Notes under the pieces: generated by a model
The model's database searches: none
What the model saw: the letters and a program-made list of their open reading frames with translations, nothing else
Told to the model about the DNA's origin: nothing
In this document: positions 41,993 to 55,409 of the stretch, one piece after another
How positions within the stretch are numbered: the stretch's first letter is position 1
Layout of the letters: each line of letters begins with the position of its first letter
Made by a program: the position numbers and the translations under genes
NCBI GenBank assembly: GCA_951406725.2
Contig: OX597822.1
Span: 66,960,001-67,024,000, forward strand
Length of the DNA stretch: 64,000 bases
Source of the DNA: Octopus vulgaris
Taxonomy: Eukaryota
Direction: 5' to 3'

Positions 41993-42819
41993 GTTGCATG
42001 GAATTTATGGCTTCTAATGATAATGTTTGGTTACGTCGAGTGTGCAGTATTTGTAATAATATTGCTGAAGATGAAGATAGACAGCGTGTGTATGTAAATA
42101 ACTGACACATGGATCTACAAAAGATTATGATGTTGGGGATGACGGTGATTAACTCTGAAGATGTTAGAATAAACGGAAATCATTCTGTGCGATACTGTTA
42201 GCTTTCAAAGTGAAATCTTGCAACGAATTATACATCTAAAATTAAATGCTTCGGAAATTTTTAAACAGTGAAGAGACATGTGGAAAGCGCAAATTTGTAA
42301 GTAAATAATAAAATAAAACAAACTTAAGAAAGGATATTCCAGTTTAGTTTTGCTTTTTCCTAGTATTTTTCTCCGTTTTAAAGAGATGAAGAATTTGTGT
42401 ACTTTGTGATATGATTGCAATGTGATATGTACAACATTATTTGGCTGAATGCTTCTGTTTGATGGATCATTCTAGAATGGGTGGTTAGTTTCTTTATTTC
42501 ACGTATGCATGAATTCAGTGCAACAGAGAGTTGCCAAGTGGATTTATTGCATTCAAACACATATTCACACGTGCACCACCACACACATCTGCATGCACAA
42601 AATTACATATGTGCGTAAGTTTATTTAAACATCTGCATATTTATATACACGTATAACATCGTATGCATATCTAAATCTATGAATGTGTGTATCTATGCAA
42701 AGATAAGGGTTACAAAATGTGTGTATCTATGCAATTCTCTACCAAACTCTCTCTATCTCTCTTTCTCTCTCACTTACACACACACACACACACTCTCTCT
42801 GCACATGTACGCGCGCACA

Positions 42820-43260
42820 TATTATGTTGTCCGGAAAGTTCGTGCCGATTTTTAAAGGAAAGAAAATGGTCAATAAATACTTGCCATTACATTTTTAATC
42901 AACCAAATATGAATCATTTTGTTGCACAATGCGTCTCCATCTTTCCTTTAACTTGAAAATACCCTCTTCCCAGAATTGAGGTGGTTGCATGGCAAAGAAT
43001 TCATCAAGGTATCTTTCTACGTCATCCAAGGAATTGAAATGTTTACCATTAAGACTATTTTGCAGAGACCTGAATAAGTGGGAATCCGAAGGAGCAATAT
43101 CTGGTGAATATGGAGAGTGGGGTAACACATCCAAGCCGAGCTGCAGCAATTTTTGTCTGGTTCCCAAAGCATCAAGTGCTGAAAATGAACTTTCTTATCT
43201 TCCATTTTTAAGGGTTACAAAATTAACACAGGTTATAGGAACATAAACCTTCTTCCACGA
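42820..43260 (-). mobile_element. Internally deleted mariner element
   Basis: TA then TIR-like TTATGTTGTCCGGAAAGTTCGTGCCGATTT. N-terminal MEDKKVHFQHLMLW is joined directly to TRQKLLQLGLDVLPHSPYSPDIAPSDSHLFRSLQN...ERWRRIVQQNDSY. Confidence 0.92.
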
Positions 43261-43449
43261 AACGATAGCTCAACCTCTCCTTCCGACTCCCAACACGTCG
43301 AAATCGATGGGAGCCACCACCATCATTATTATTTACAATCTTTCTATCATCGTCATCGTCAATTCCCCCTTTCCTTTCACAAAATAACAATAATGCCAGC
43401 AAAAATGATTCCCAAGAATGTAATTGTTTTCTTTCTTTGGTAATCAGTT

Positions 43450-44950
43450 TTTGATATTTTAGTGCAATACTTTATTCTAGAAGATGAGTTTCAGATTTGT
43501 TCAAATCGTGTTATTCTGTAGGATTATGCTGTTATGCTTTGTTTGAGCTTTCCTTCTGGCTTGCATGGTGTCTTCATTTATATAATTGTGTTCCTCTCTT
43601 TTCTTTATGATGATCGCTTTTTATTATTCTGTTTAGAAAATGATAGATTTTCTTTTTGTTCTCTGACACTCTGGACACCAAACCTATTTTGTTTCGATGT
43701 TACCACAACTACTAAATAGTAGAAATCGATTGCTAAGTCTTTCAATATTCGGACAATTGCCTACCAAGAAGACAATTTCATGCAACATCTATTTATATAT
43801 ATATATTTATTTATACTTCAGTAGATTCCACTTGTTCGTTTTTGGATTATTGACATGTTTTCGTTGATGTTTACGCACTGTTTATGATGTGTGTTTTTCC
43901 CATTTTCTTCATTGTTTCAGTTCATATTTCCTCGAAGTTATTTCTAATTCCTCTTTGTCATACGCCTTATTCTGGTTTTTGTTTTTATTGGTGTTGCTGT
44001 TTTGGGGTATATGCTTTCATAGAGCATACTGTCATTGGGGCTGTGTAGGTAGGAGCACTCCGTCGGTTACGACGATGAGGGTCCCAGCTGATACGATCAA
44101 CGGAACAGCTTGCTCGTGGAATTAACGTGCAAGTGGCTGAGCACTCCACAGACACGTGCACCCTTAACGTAGTTCTCGGGGATATTCAGCGTGACACAGA
44201 GAGTGACAAGGCTGGCCCTTTGAAATATAGATACAACAGAAACAGGAAGAAAGAGTGAGTGAAAGTTGTGGTGAAAGTGTACAGCAGGGTTCACCACCAC
44301 CCCCTGCAGGAGCCTCGTGAAGCTTTAGGTGTTTTCGCTCAATAAACACTCACAATGTCCGGTCTGGGAATCGAAACCGCGATCCTACGACCGCGAGTCC
44401 GCTGCCCTAACCACTGGGCCATTGCGCCTCCACTGAGGCTGTGTAATGGGATAATATAAAGGCTTCTTTGGTCTTTCATTAAGTAGACTTTTACCTATAT
44501 CCTCCTGAGTTTTTTCCATCGCTTGCTATGCTGCCTTGTTCTACAATATCTTCCGCATTCCGTTCTGTACTATTTTCACATTGTTCTCAACTATTGTCTG
44601 ACTTTCTCTCTATGAATTACTATCGCTTTTATGTATTCGGTGGGTTCTGTTCCAATAGGTTATTATGTGTAACGAGAAGTCTTGTATTATTTTAATGTGG
44701 ATTTTGTCAATAAGATTATCTACTTCAAATTTTAGTATCTTCATGTGTACTAGAAATCCCGATATGTTCGCTAGTGTGTTCAATGCTATACCGACGGTTA
44801 ATTCCTACATTTATGCGTTCATGTTTCGCTTTAATAATACGTCTGTGTTGAATAGTAAGTTTCTATTTAATAAGCATATAGTTTTTACTTAGCTTAGATT
44901 GACACTGCTGTTCCTCTTAATGCTTATATTACAATATCAGACTCAATGAT
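43450..44950 (-). pseudogene. Possible very old R4/Dong-like remnant, interrupted by a SINE
   Basis: Weak translation GIALNTLANI..ILKFEVDNLIDK...HRIHKSD resembles INTLA..IxW...L..ID.K...H.KSD. Confidence 0.3.
44048..44433 (-). mobile_element. tRNA(Arg)-like SINE family C, full length with target-site duplication
   Basis: GGAGGCGCAATGGCCCAGTGGTTAGGGCAGCGGACTCGCGGTCG...GGTTTCGATTCCC head with a TCG anticodon-like loop. TSD TG(G/A)GGCTGTGTA at 44036-44047 and 44434-44445. Confidence 0.92.
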
Positions 44951-46064
44951 TTGTGCTGCTATATTTGGAGTTAATTTTTTAACAGGACGCAAAAGTAGAA
45001 TTATATGTTACGATGGCTTGTTGGCATACTTCACGCCAAAACTCACACTACGAAATCCTTCATAGTATTTGTACTGATTTGTTTATCACGGGACAGAATG
45101 CATTCCTGTCTATTAAGCAACGCAGGTTTTTAGGCGAGTAGACGTATACATTGGCTCAAATGAATACATGTATGTATGTATGTATGTATGTATGTATATA
45201 TATATATATATATATATATTTATTTATTTATATATATATATTATATATGTATAGATATATAATACATTAACAAATTTTGCATAAATCGCACAAGTGATTG
45301 TGTGGATGTTAGTAGTTTTCGAGGTATAAATACCCCAAACGGTGCATATGGGGAAATATTCCTAAGATAACTTTATCCTAAAAGGAAGAAACACTCACAT
45401 TTCGATGATGCACAGACACTTGACAACGAAAAGATATAATACCTTTTTACAATAAATGTTTCTATTTTCGCTTTTCTTAAACACCATATTTAAATCATTT
45501 AGAAATAATTTGATGTGAATGATTTAAAAAATGTTAAGTTGTTTGTACAGTAAGTATTTATATTTTAGCCTTCTTTAAGCATACAATATTTTCATGTTTT
45601 TTAAATTATTTTCAGGTGAATACCATTACAAAATTTGTTTTGTCATATTTAAAAATTATTTTAAAGTAAAACTGACTTGAAAAATACGGTAAATATTTCG
45701 TAAAAAGCCCGTTCGTAACCACGGTTTGAAATAATTTTTTCCATAGCTTTTTCGAGTGCATTCAACATATCTCACCTCCAAAGATTTGGCTGCTATTTCT
45801 AGCACGCCCTGCTACAACGTAACAGCTATTTGTGATAAAGGACCCGAAATACATGTTACGTGGTAGAAAGGCGTGCAAGAAATAGGAGTCAAATCTTACA
45901 TTTTCTGGGAAAAGGAGCCGTTTACACGTGATTTCGATGTCACAGTCATTGTCAGCACGTGAAATAACCTGGATAAGAAAGAAAAACACAAAACAAAACT
46001 CCGTTGATGGAAAACTCAGACTTTCCTGATGACCCAACGAGTCAAGGGTAGTCTAGTAGGTAGG

Positions 46065-46138
<74 letters not shown>

Positions 46139-46622
46139 TATAAATGTTCATCCATAGATACATATATGTGGGTGTGTTACATATATGTATGTATATATGT
46201 ATGTACGTACGTATGCATGTACGTACGTATGTATGTATGCATTTATGTGTGATACAAGCATATCTTTTGCAATTATAAGCTGGTTTACTGTCCTCTATGT
46301 CGGCTAACGTTTTCTCAAGTACAACCAAATTTAACCTTTGTGCTCTTCAATGCCGTTAACTCTTCACCATTGCTTCAAGCTATTCCGGAAGAAAGGAGAC
46401 GTAAAAATTCTTCAAGGATACCTGCAGCACTCACTGTATAGCATGTTAGCGGATAATAGAGTACTGGATTATGAGAACCATTACGGACACTCCATAGTAA
46501 ATAGCTTTAACTTCAGAGAATGATCCGAATATTTTATTAAGAAAAAAAATCTGTCTGCATGCATATGCGTGTGCATATACGTGTGTGTGTTTGTGTGTGT
46601 CTGTATGTGTGTGTATACATAC

Positions 46623-46676
<54 letters not shown>

Positions 46677-46729
46677 TTAGATAGATATATAGATAGATAG
46701 ATAGGTATACATACATATATTCATACATA

Positions 46730-46943
46730 CATACAAATATACATACATACATACATAACATACATAACATACATACATACATACATACATACATACATAC
46801 ATACATACATACATACATACATACATACATACATACATACATACATAACATACATAACATACATACATACATACATACATACATACATACATACATACAT
46901 ACATACATACATACATACATACATACATACATACATACATACA

Positions 46944-46975
<32 letters not shown>
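46730..46975. repeat. (TACA)n array with a duplicated TAACA interruption block
   Basis: Read directly from the sequence. Confidence 0.95.
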
Positions 46976-46977
<2 letters not shown>

Positions 46978-47165
46978 CATGTATGTATGTATACAATAAC
47001 ATTTTTGGGTATATAGTTTTACTTATGACTAGAAGGTACATTAAGAGCTTAGAATTTCGTTCCACATCATCTATCATTTATAAAGCTGAAAGTATTTTAA
47101 GGAACATTTAAAATGGCGTGGAAACAGAAATATTTGAACTTACACATTGTTATACGCACACACAC

Positions 47166-47257
<92 letters not shown>

Positions 47258-47714
47258 TGACAGATAGATATTTGAACAAAGATTTTCTTAAATTTAAAAA
47301 ATAAATTAAAATTTATTGATTATATAAATAAGATCCTTAAAAACAAAATGGCACAACTTTTCCGAAAGGAAGTTTTAAGCGCTTTCATTGTCTAGTTTTT
47401 CAACACACGCGTTATGGGTTAATCCTCTTGATGGATTACCACATGACACGTCTGTTTCAAAAAATTTTACATAGAAAGCACTTATACTCAAACTAAAACT
47501 TCGCCTCAACAGAAGTTTCCCATTCTACTTTTTAAATATTTTTTATGTAATTAATACATTTTATTTTCAGGAAATCTTTCTTCAGATATTGTGACTATCA
47601 TAAGTTTTTCTGATAAAATTGTTTTAAATAAATGTGTGTGTATGTGTCCCAGTGTGTGTGAGAGAGAGAGAGCGACAGACAGAGACAGAGAGCGGGTATG
47701 TAAGTATATACACG

Positions 47715-47772
<58 letters not shown>

Positions 47773-48144
47773 TATATAGATATGTTTGTGTGAATTATTT
47801 ATGCGCATGTATTTGTTTTATTTACATATATATATATATATATACATATATATGTGTGTGTGTGTGTGCATATGTGCGTGTGTGTGTATGTATAAGTGTG
47901 TGTGTGTATGTATTCGTGTCTGTGTGTACATACATACTGCTGTATAAACGCCACTATTCCAAAATCTGTGCCTAGTTTCTAGCCATTAATATAGTACTAC
48001 TCTTTTCGTTTCTGTCTCACCTTTCTTACAGTCGCAAATTCATTCCAAGTTAACACCAAGGCTCACATTTTTTTCTCTCATATTCCATAAACATTTCCCG
48101 TTGCCTGGTTCTTTTACTATCCATCCTCTACAAAAATTGCTCCC

Positions 48145-48455
48145 ATGCCACAGAACTATTTCACGTCGACTGGCACTACTCTAATTTAACATTATCTCAA
48201 AACAAAATCAAACACGAGGAAGATCTCGTCACCTTCCAGCGAAATCTGGGCGAATTTCTTCAAAGGATCCAGGATTAACCACCTAGACCTGGATACATCT
48301 TAGTCAACAACTACACCCTACTTGAAATGGGCCTTGATACCAAAAAGCCTTTCTTTAAAAAATGACTTAAAATTTCCTATCAGGTTCTGATATTAAATTA
48401 GACATGGCCTAGGCCAATCTTTCGCCGATACATATCTAAGTAATCAAAGTTATTT
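48145..48455 (+). pseudogene. CR1-type LINE 3' end (ORF2 C-terminus and 3' UTR)
   Basis: KIKHEEDLVTFQRNLGEFLQRIQD*PPRPGYILVNNYTLLE matches the consensus FKxxLDxFLxxIPDxPxxPGY..NSL. Confidence 0.65.
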
Positions 48456-48464
48456 AAGTATACT

Positions 48465-48694
48465 CTCTCTTTCTCTTTTACTCTTTTACTTGTTTCAGTC
48501 ATTTGACTGTGGCCATGCTGGAGCACCGCCTCTAGTCGAGCAAATCAGCCCCGGGACTTATTCTTTGGAAGCCCAGTACTGATTCTATCGGTCTCTTTTG
48601 CCGAACCGCTAAGTGACGGGGACGTAAACACACCAGCATCGGTTGTCAAGCAATGCTTGGGGGACAAACACAGACACACAAACACAAACACGCA

Positions 48695-48738
<44 letters not shown>

Positions 48739-48900
48739 TCCGACAGGCTTCTTTCAGTGTCCGTCTACCAAATCTACTCACAAGGCATTGGTCGACCCGG
48801 GGCTATAGCAGAAGACACTTGCCCAAGATGCCACGCAGTGGGACTGAACCTGAAACCATGTGGTTGGTAAGCAAGCTACTTACCACACAGCCACTCCTGT
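48465..48900 (-). mobile_element. SINE family A, full length
   Basis: Colinear with the other copies. Confidence 0.92.
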
Positions 48901-49209
48901 GTTTCTGGTGTTATTATTACTTTCTGCTCTGTGGTAGGTTATATAGATTTGTTTTCTTATAACGCGACCGGTGTTTGAATTATGCATGAGCTTATTGTCT
49001 GCATGAGCACGCGTTCTGCCAATGTGTTTGTGTGGACAAGCTTTTGTAAGAATATAGAATAAGGCACGTGCTTAAATATGGTTATGTGTTCATGATTCAA
49101 TGTTGCTTTGGGTAAATCAGGCGAGAATTTGTTCTGTACACACTGACGTTGAACACCTACTTCATTCACGCTACTCTTCCGAGAAAAAATGTTTAGTTTT
49201 ATATACTCT

Positions 49210-49648
49210 TTATTCTTTACTCTTTTACTTGTTTCAGTCATTTGACTGTGGCCATGCTGGAACATCACCTTTATTCTCTGTAAGTCAAGTACTTATTCTA
49301 TCGGTACTATTTTGCCGAACCGCTAAGATACGGGCACGTAAACAAACCAGCATCGGTTGACAAGCGATGTTGTGGGACAAACACTTACACACAAACATAT
49401 ACAAACGCATACATGTATATTTGTTTGTTCCTTCTCGAGCCATGCAGGCTCATAAGGGCCTGTTTCCTTAGCGTATAGGTTTCCCCACCTGGATGGGACG
49501 CCGGTCCGTCGCAGATGAGCTGCAAGATGCAGGACGAAAGAGTGAGAGAAAGTTGTTGCGAAAGTTGTGGCGTCGCCTGGTCTAGGAATCGAAACCACAA
49601 TCTTATGATCCTGATGCTGATAACCTGACCACTAAGCCAAGCGACTCC

Positions 49649-49701
<53 letters not shown>

Positions 49702-49703
49702 CA

Positions 49704-49748
<45 letters not shown>

Positions 49749-49780
49749 CATATATATTATATATATATATATATATATAC

Positions 49781-49859
<79 letters not shown>

Positions 49860-50030
49860 CATATATACGACGAGCTTCTTTCAGTTTCCGTCTACCAAAT
49901 TCACGCACAAAGCCTTGGTCGGCACGAGGCTATAGTAGAAGACACTTGCCCAAGGTGCCACGCAGTAGGACTGAACCCAGAACCATGTGGCTGATAAGCA
50001 AGCTACTTACCACATAAACACTCCTGCGAC
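49210..50030 (-). mobile_element. SINE family A split by a nested SINE (49420-49650) and a TA expansion
   Basis: Tail at 49210-49415, head at 49860-50030. The insert has its own tRNA-like head GTGGAGTCGCTTGGCTTAGTGGTCAGG...GGTTTCGATTCC on the minus strand. Confidence 0.85.
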
Positions 50031-50059
50031 TATATATAGGAAAGGAATAATTTAACTGC

Positions 50060-50277
50060 ACAGTAATGCCCCAACTATTGCGGGTGTTATGTTCCAAAAC
50101 CTCCCACAGAAATAATTTAAATATAAACTGCTACAAAAACCTATTGGCCGCAGAAACCCGGATATACTGAGGAGTCTGCGATATAAATTTACAGATATTA
50201 ACTAGAAAAATCCGCGATGTACTGAGTGCGCCTGAGGTGGGCGATATGTGAACCGTGATATGGTGAGGGATTAGTGT
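50060..50277. mobile_element. Tigger/pogo-like MITE
   Basis: Imperfect TIRs CAGTAATGCCCCAACTATTGCGG and CCGTGATATGGTGAGGGATTAGTG followed by TA. Related copy at 58768-58979. Confidence 0.65.
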
Positions 50278-50914
50278 ATACGATTACTTAAAGGCTGGCT
50301 AATTATGATTAACATGATTGATATACTGATATTTATATGATTTCTTAGAAGTTTCGTTAGCGATTAAATGCATTTAATTAAATCTCGTAAAAATTGTAAT
50401 CTAATCATTCTGAGTGAATGTTTATGCATTTAAAATATAACCGGATACAGTAGAATGAGGCCTTTTTTTGAAAAATTTGAAATGTTTTGAAAATTTTTTT
50501 TCAGAACCGGGATCTCAGTCTAAAACGTGGGATTCCGTAAACAAAAAAAATATGGGGGGGGGGAGGTTTCTGTTCACATGTCTTCCATCTGGACCAAGGA
50601 GGAGGAAAGGAGGAAAATGTAAAAACCTACCTTCCGTCATCATTGTGAAGAAAAATAGGCGATCTTTCGTTTTGACTCGAAATAATGTAAAAATTGAGTA
50701 CATTTACATATTTCCTGGTTCTAAAGGAATGCTATATAAGAATTAATCCTAAAGTAGCACAACAAGTCGTTACGATTCAACTCCCCTTTCATATGTAAGG
50801 GGGCATTTTTATACTTTTTAAATTAATATGAATATCGGGCATGTAGAATGTTAGCCTTTCTCAAAATTATAAAGAGAACATCAAAGTGATTTCAAGAACA
50901 CAATTCAAATATAT

Positions 50915-51551
50915 TCTTTTATTCTTTTACATGTTTCAGTCATTTGACTGCGTCCATGCTGGAGCACCGCCTTTAGTCGAACAAATCGACCCCCGGGACT
51001 TATTCTTTGTAAGCGTAGTACTTATTCTATCGCTGATTTACGGGGATGTATACACACCAGCATCATTTGTCAAAATGTTGATAGGGGAGGGACTAACACA
51101 AGCACACAAACATACACACACGCACACACATGCACACACACACACACACGCACACAAATATATATATACATGGCGGGTTTCTTTCAGTTTCCACTCGGTT
51201 TCTACTCACATGGCTTTGGTCGGCCCGAGGCTAAAGTGCACGACACTTCCCAAGGTAGCATGCAGTCAGACTGAACCTGGAACCATGTGGTTTGTAAGCA
51301 AGCTGCTTACCACACAGTCACGCCAGCGCATATGAAAAACATTTTTTTCAGTCATTTGACTGTGGCCATGCTGGAAAACCGCCGTTAGTCGAGCAAATCG
51401 CCCCCAAGACTTATTCTTTGTAAGCCTAGTACATATTCTATCGGTCTCTTTTGCCGAACCGCTACGTTATGGGGACGTAAACACACCAGCATCGGTTGTC
51501 AAGCGATGTTGGGGGACAAACACAGACACACAAACTTATACACACACATAC

Positions 51552-51610
<59 letters not shown>

Positions 51611-51775
51611 TACTACGGGCTTCTTTCAGTTTCCATCTACCAAATCTACTCACAAGGCTTTGGTCTGTCCGAAGCTATAGTAGAAGACACTTGCCCAAGA
51701 TGCCATGCAGCGGGACTGAACCTGGAACCATGTGGTTCGTGAGCAGCTACTTACCACACAGCCACTCCAGCACCT
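50915..51775 (-). mobile_element. Two tandem SINE family A copies
   Basis: 50915-51330 (diverged) and 51345-51775. Confidence 0.9.
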
Positions 51776-51849
51776 ATGAAAAACATTCCATACATTTTAT
51801 TTCCGTTACTGTTCATTTTCAGACATTGTTTGCGTAGTCTTGTTGTAGT

Positions 51850-52300
51850 TATTGCTGTTACTGTTAGGCTCCTTCCTCTGGTGTTATTTCGTCCCGAATC
51901 GTGTCCTAGCCGAACTACGAATGATCAAATATATTCCACTACCGATTTCCCCATGTTTTTACGTGTATAAAGGGATACAATATCTAAACTTCTTGCTATA
52001 TTTAAGTAGGTTTGTGTTTATGGGAGATTTGGTAAGTAATTTGACTAAGTCTATTACTTCTGTGGAGTCTGCTAAATCACATTGTGGTTCATTGGTCAGC
52101 TGAAATGTGCTTGAGGAATAAAATATTAAGGAGAGTTAACATAAAATATTTTACAGGAGATTCTGATCATAACGTTATTTATAGAGTCGTAGTTAAAATT
52201 ATATTGCTTAAATATGTGATGTCTAGAGTAATATTATACAATAATAGTTACTTAAAAGCTTCTGTATACGAACTGAGAATTTAATTCTTGGTTAATCTGT
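51850..52300 (+). pseudogene. Possible LINE AP-endonuclease remnant
   Basis: FVFMGDL and GDSDHNVI appear in the expected order (GDFN ... SDH); otherwise very decayed. Confidence 0.3.
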
Positions 52301-53233
52301 TGAACTGGTTAGTTATATAATACAGATGGCGTTCCATTCTAAAAGCAAAGTGTACTATATGTTACTTTTAGTTATTTTAAATAACCGTTTGAAATATTAT
52401 AGCGAACAATTAAAGACGAAGTTTGAAATCACTGGAATAATTTCCATAAAAACTAAGGAGGTGGGAAGGATATCTTATCATTTGCTGGACTATTGAGGAG
52501 TCATAACATTCTCAGATGGTTTTGTATAAGGAAATATGGTTGCATTTATTAGCTTTAGTGCGAATATTCTTTTATCCTTTAATTCTTTCAGTTATGGGTG
52601 TGCGGTCATTGTGGTTCACTGATTCAAAGAGTTTTACTATGTAACAACGAATCTGCTACTTACTTAAATATGCTATTTATTTTATTGATTTATACTCAGT
52701 AAATAAGGCTCACAGTAAACCATTGTTTTGAAGAACTTTCAAATTTATGCACAACACACACATGACACACACACACACTCGTGAACACAAACAAACAGAG
52801 ACGCAGGCAAACACACAGACAAGCGCAAACACATACAGATGCATATATATATATATATATGTATATAGGGAGATAGATAGACAGACAGACCGATAGATAG
52901 ATAGATAAATAGATTTACATACATGCATATATATATGTGTGTGTATATATATATATATATATATGTAAATATATATATATAGAAGTGGGGGTAAGTATAT
53001 ATATGTATATATATATATATTCCTGTATGTTATATATTTTAATAATTACTGCTATCTTTATATATTATATATGTAAAGTATAATATGTTATACATGTATG
53101 TATATTGTTGTAATTATCATTTTAGTAAAGGAATAAATAAGTTGACATAATATAATGTCTAAAAGTTGATGAATACCACCTATTGATCCCCTCCATTTTC
53201 TTATGGCTCCCTCTCTCACTCTCTCTCTGTCTC

Positions 53234-53303
<70 letters not shown>

Positions 53304-53552
53304 TAAAAGTACACAGTGTCCCACGCGTCAGATGTTGGCGGTGATTGCAGAGGAAGGTGAGTTAAAGTGTTTTGCACAGGAACACGGATGGTTAATCTAG
53401 TAGCAGGAAGGGTAAGAGGAAGAAATAGAACGGGAAACGAATATATTTACACAAACGAGCACACACACATGTGCATATATATATATATATATATATAGTA
53501 ACAGAAAAGAGGAATTTCGATTATCCCAACGTGGTGAGTTGTAATGCATATG

Positions 53553-53999
53553 AGAAATTAAAAAAGGAAAATACGCACACTTACATAGTTTTAATATAAT
53601 TTTTAATATATCGACCGGTTTCGCTATCGCTATTCATGATAATTGGTTTATGTACGTCACTGTACATAAATCACCTACTAAACAAGGTTTTTGAAACTTG
53701 TCTCTGTCTGTACACATATATAAATCCCCACCCATTACCGAAAGCTGAACAGTTATCTCCCTTACCCACAACAATAACAATAATAACGACAACCAATTAC
53801 CTCCATTTATTTATCTACTTGTGAAGTCTTTCACTCGTGAATTTCATCACACACAACATGGACCAAATTTCTTCTTAAGAAAAGAAATATGTATTCGAAT
53901 AAGTAAAACATAATATCATGAATAGCGATAGCGCACCGGTCGATATATTAAAAATTATATTAAAACTATGTAAGTGTGCGTATTTTCCTTTTTTAATTT

Positions 54000-54001
<2 letters not shown>
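53553..54001. repeat. Long inverted repeat (about 88-bp arms, about 270-bp spacer) with an HHR-like motif in the arms
   Basis: 53553-53641 is the reverse complement of 53914-54001 except GAAA versus GCA. Confidence 0.95.
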
Positions 54002-54039
<38 letters not shown>

Positions 54040-54204
54040 GAATTCAAATTACGATGAACGTAAGCAAACGAACGAAGTTTGATTTTGTAGCGTTGAGATG
54101 CCTTAGGAAGTTAAAGAAGTGATTTTAAATTCCCAAACGCAGGAGAATGCCAATAATATAGCCTGAACAGGATAAGCTACCGCAATTTTGCTGAAAAAAG
54201 TGTT

Positions 54205-54266
54205 GGCTGCCGGTTATGAGATTCGAACTCACACCTCTGTGATTACGCCCCTCGGTGCTCTAAACT
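54205..54266 (-). pseudogene. 5'-truncated tRNA-like sequence (CGT loop) or SINE head
   Basis: AGTTTAGAGCACCGAGGGGCGTAATCACAGAGGTGTGAGTTCGAATCTCATAACCGGC has a T-arm/B box (TGAG-TTCGAAT-CTCA) and is followed by CACTTTTTT. Confidence 0.5.
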
Positions 54267-54447
54267 TATATATATATATATATCGTAAAATATATAAGCC
54301 AACCAAATGTGGCGGTCCCATTTGGACGATGCTACTGCTCTTTTAAGTCCTAGGAGGACATCTCCAGCTAGTTAACGACGCACTGTCTGTGTCCGATTAG
54401 AATTTGTGAGGGGAATTCATCGCCCCCATCTCTAGCCTTACGTGATA

Positions 54448-54492
54448 CACACAGACCCGCGTTTCTGAGTAGTAACCCATTATCAGTGTGTG
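54448..54492 (-). ncRNA. Type-I HHR motif with one core substitution
   Basis: cacaca-CTGATAA-TGGGT-TACT-ACTCA-GAAA-CGCGGG-TC-tgtgtg: 6-bp stem I, 5-bp stem II, GUC cleavage triplet, G8 replaced by A. Confidence 0.75.
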
Positions 54493-55035
54493 ATAATCAC
54501 GAGCTAGTGATGAAAACTCGTTCTACACGCAAAATATTGTATGTTTTTTTTTCCAGTGACACACTGTCGCTGATCTCAAAAAAAGCAAAAGAAAAAGTAA
54601 GCAATGTGAAATTTCTGAGCGAGAAGCAATTGTACCATTTAGTGGGCAATAATATTTTACGATTCCGTACTGCTGCTGTTTACTTCTCGCTGAGAGATTT
54701 AATATTACTTATTTCTCCTTTTCCGAGACCCCGCTGTTGGCTATATGAATCGATGGAAATCATATTGGGACGATCTGCATCCAGAATTAACATAGAAATA
54801 AGGTTAGTAACTGTAACTTTATTTTTTAAAAATTGAAAATTAACCTTCTCCCTAACTCTATAAACTAAAACTAACACTTGAGTGATGTGGTTTCGCAGCT
54901 AGCGACATTCCAACAGATTCCATAATGCCTGGCAGCCAAACTACATTACTGGTTCAAGTAACTGACCACTGTCCCCCTACTAGGACTATGGTAAATAGTA
55001 GGCACAACCGCAACGATTATTGTAGTAGTAGTTGT

Positions 55036-55107
<72 letters not shown>

Positions 55108-55409
55108 CAGAACTATATGCCGGTGAAATGTGTCTCTACTGAAATTTTCCGAGAAACTTTGGTTTTGAAGTACTCTCTTGAGGAGAGTGTATTTTCTACC
55201 AAAGTAAGTAAAAATCCACCAGATACGGTTGTAAAAGCTGTTAACGAAATTGGGGATGGGGATGGGCATTTACAACAGTATGTCCGATTAAAATTTGTGA
55301 GGGCAAATCATCGTTGTGGCTGTACCCTCCTAAAAAAGGGGAATAGACCTGGATATATAACATATCTGTGCAGTTGATACAAACTCGTATATAACTCGGT
55401 TAGGCTCCG

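Noticed and set aside
46022-46050. CTGATGA-CCC...GGG half-hammerhead
   Set aside because: No GAAA or UH follows; the sequence runs into a microsatellite.
54925-55377. 150-aa Ser-rich ORF
   Set aside because: The poly-Ser comes from (AGT/AGC)n, the 3' part overlaps a dispersed repeat, and no domain was recognised.
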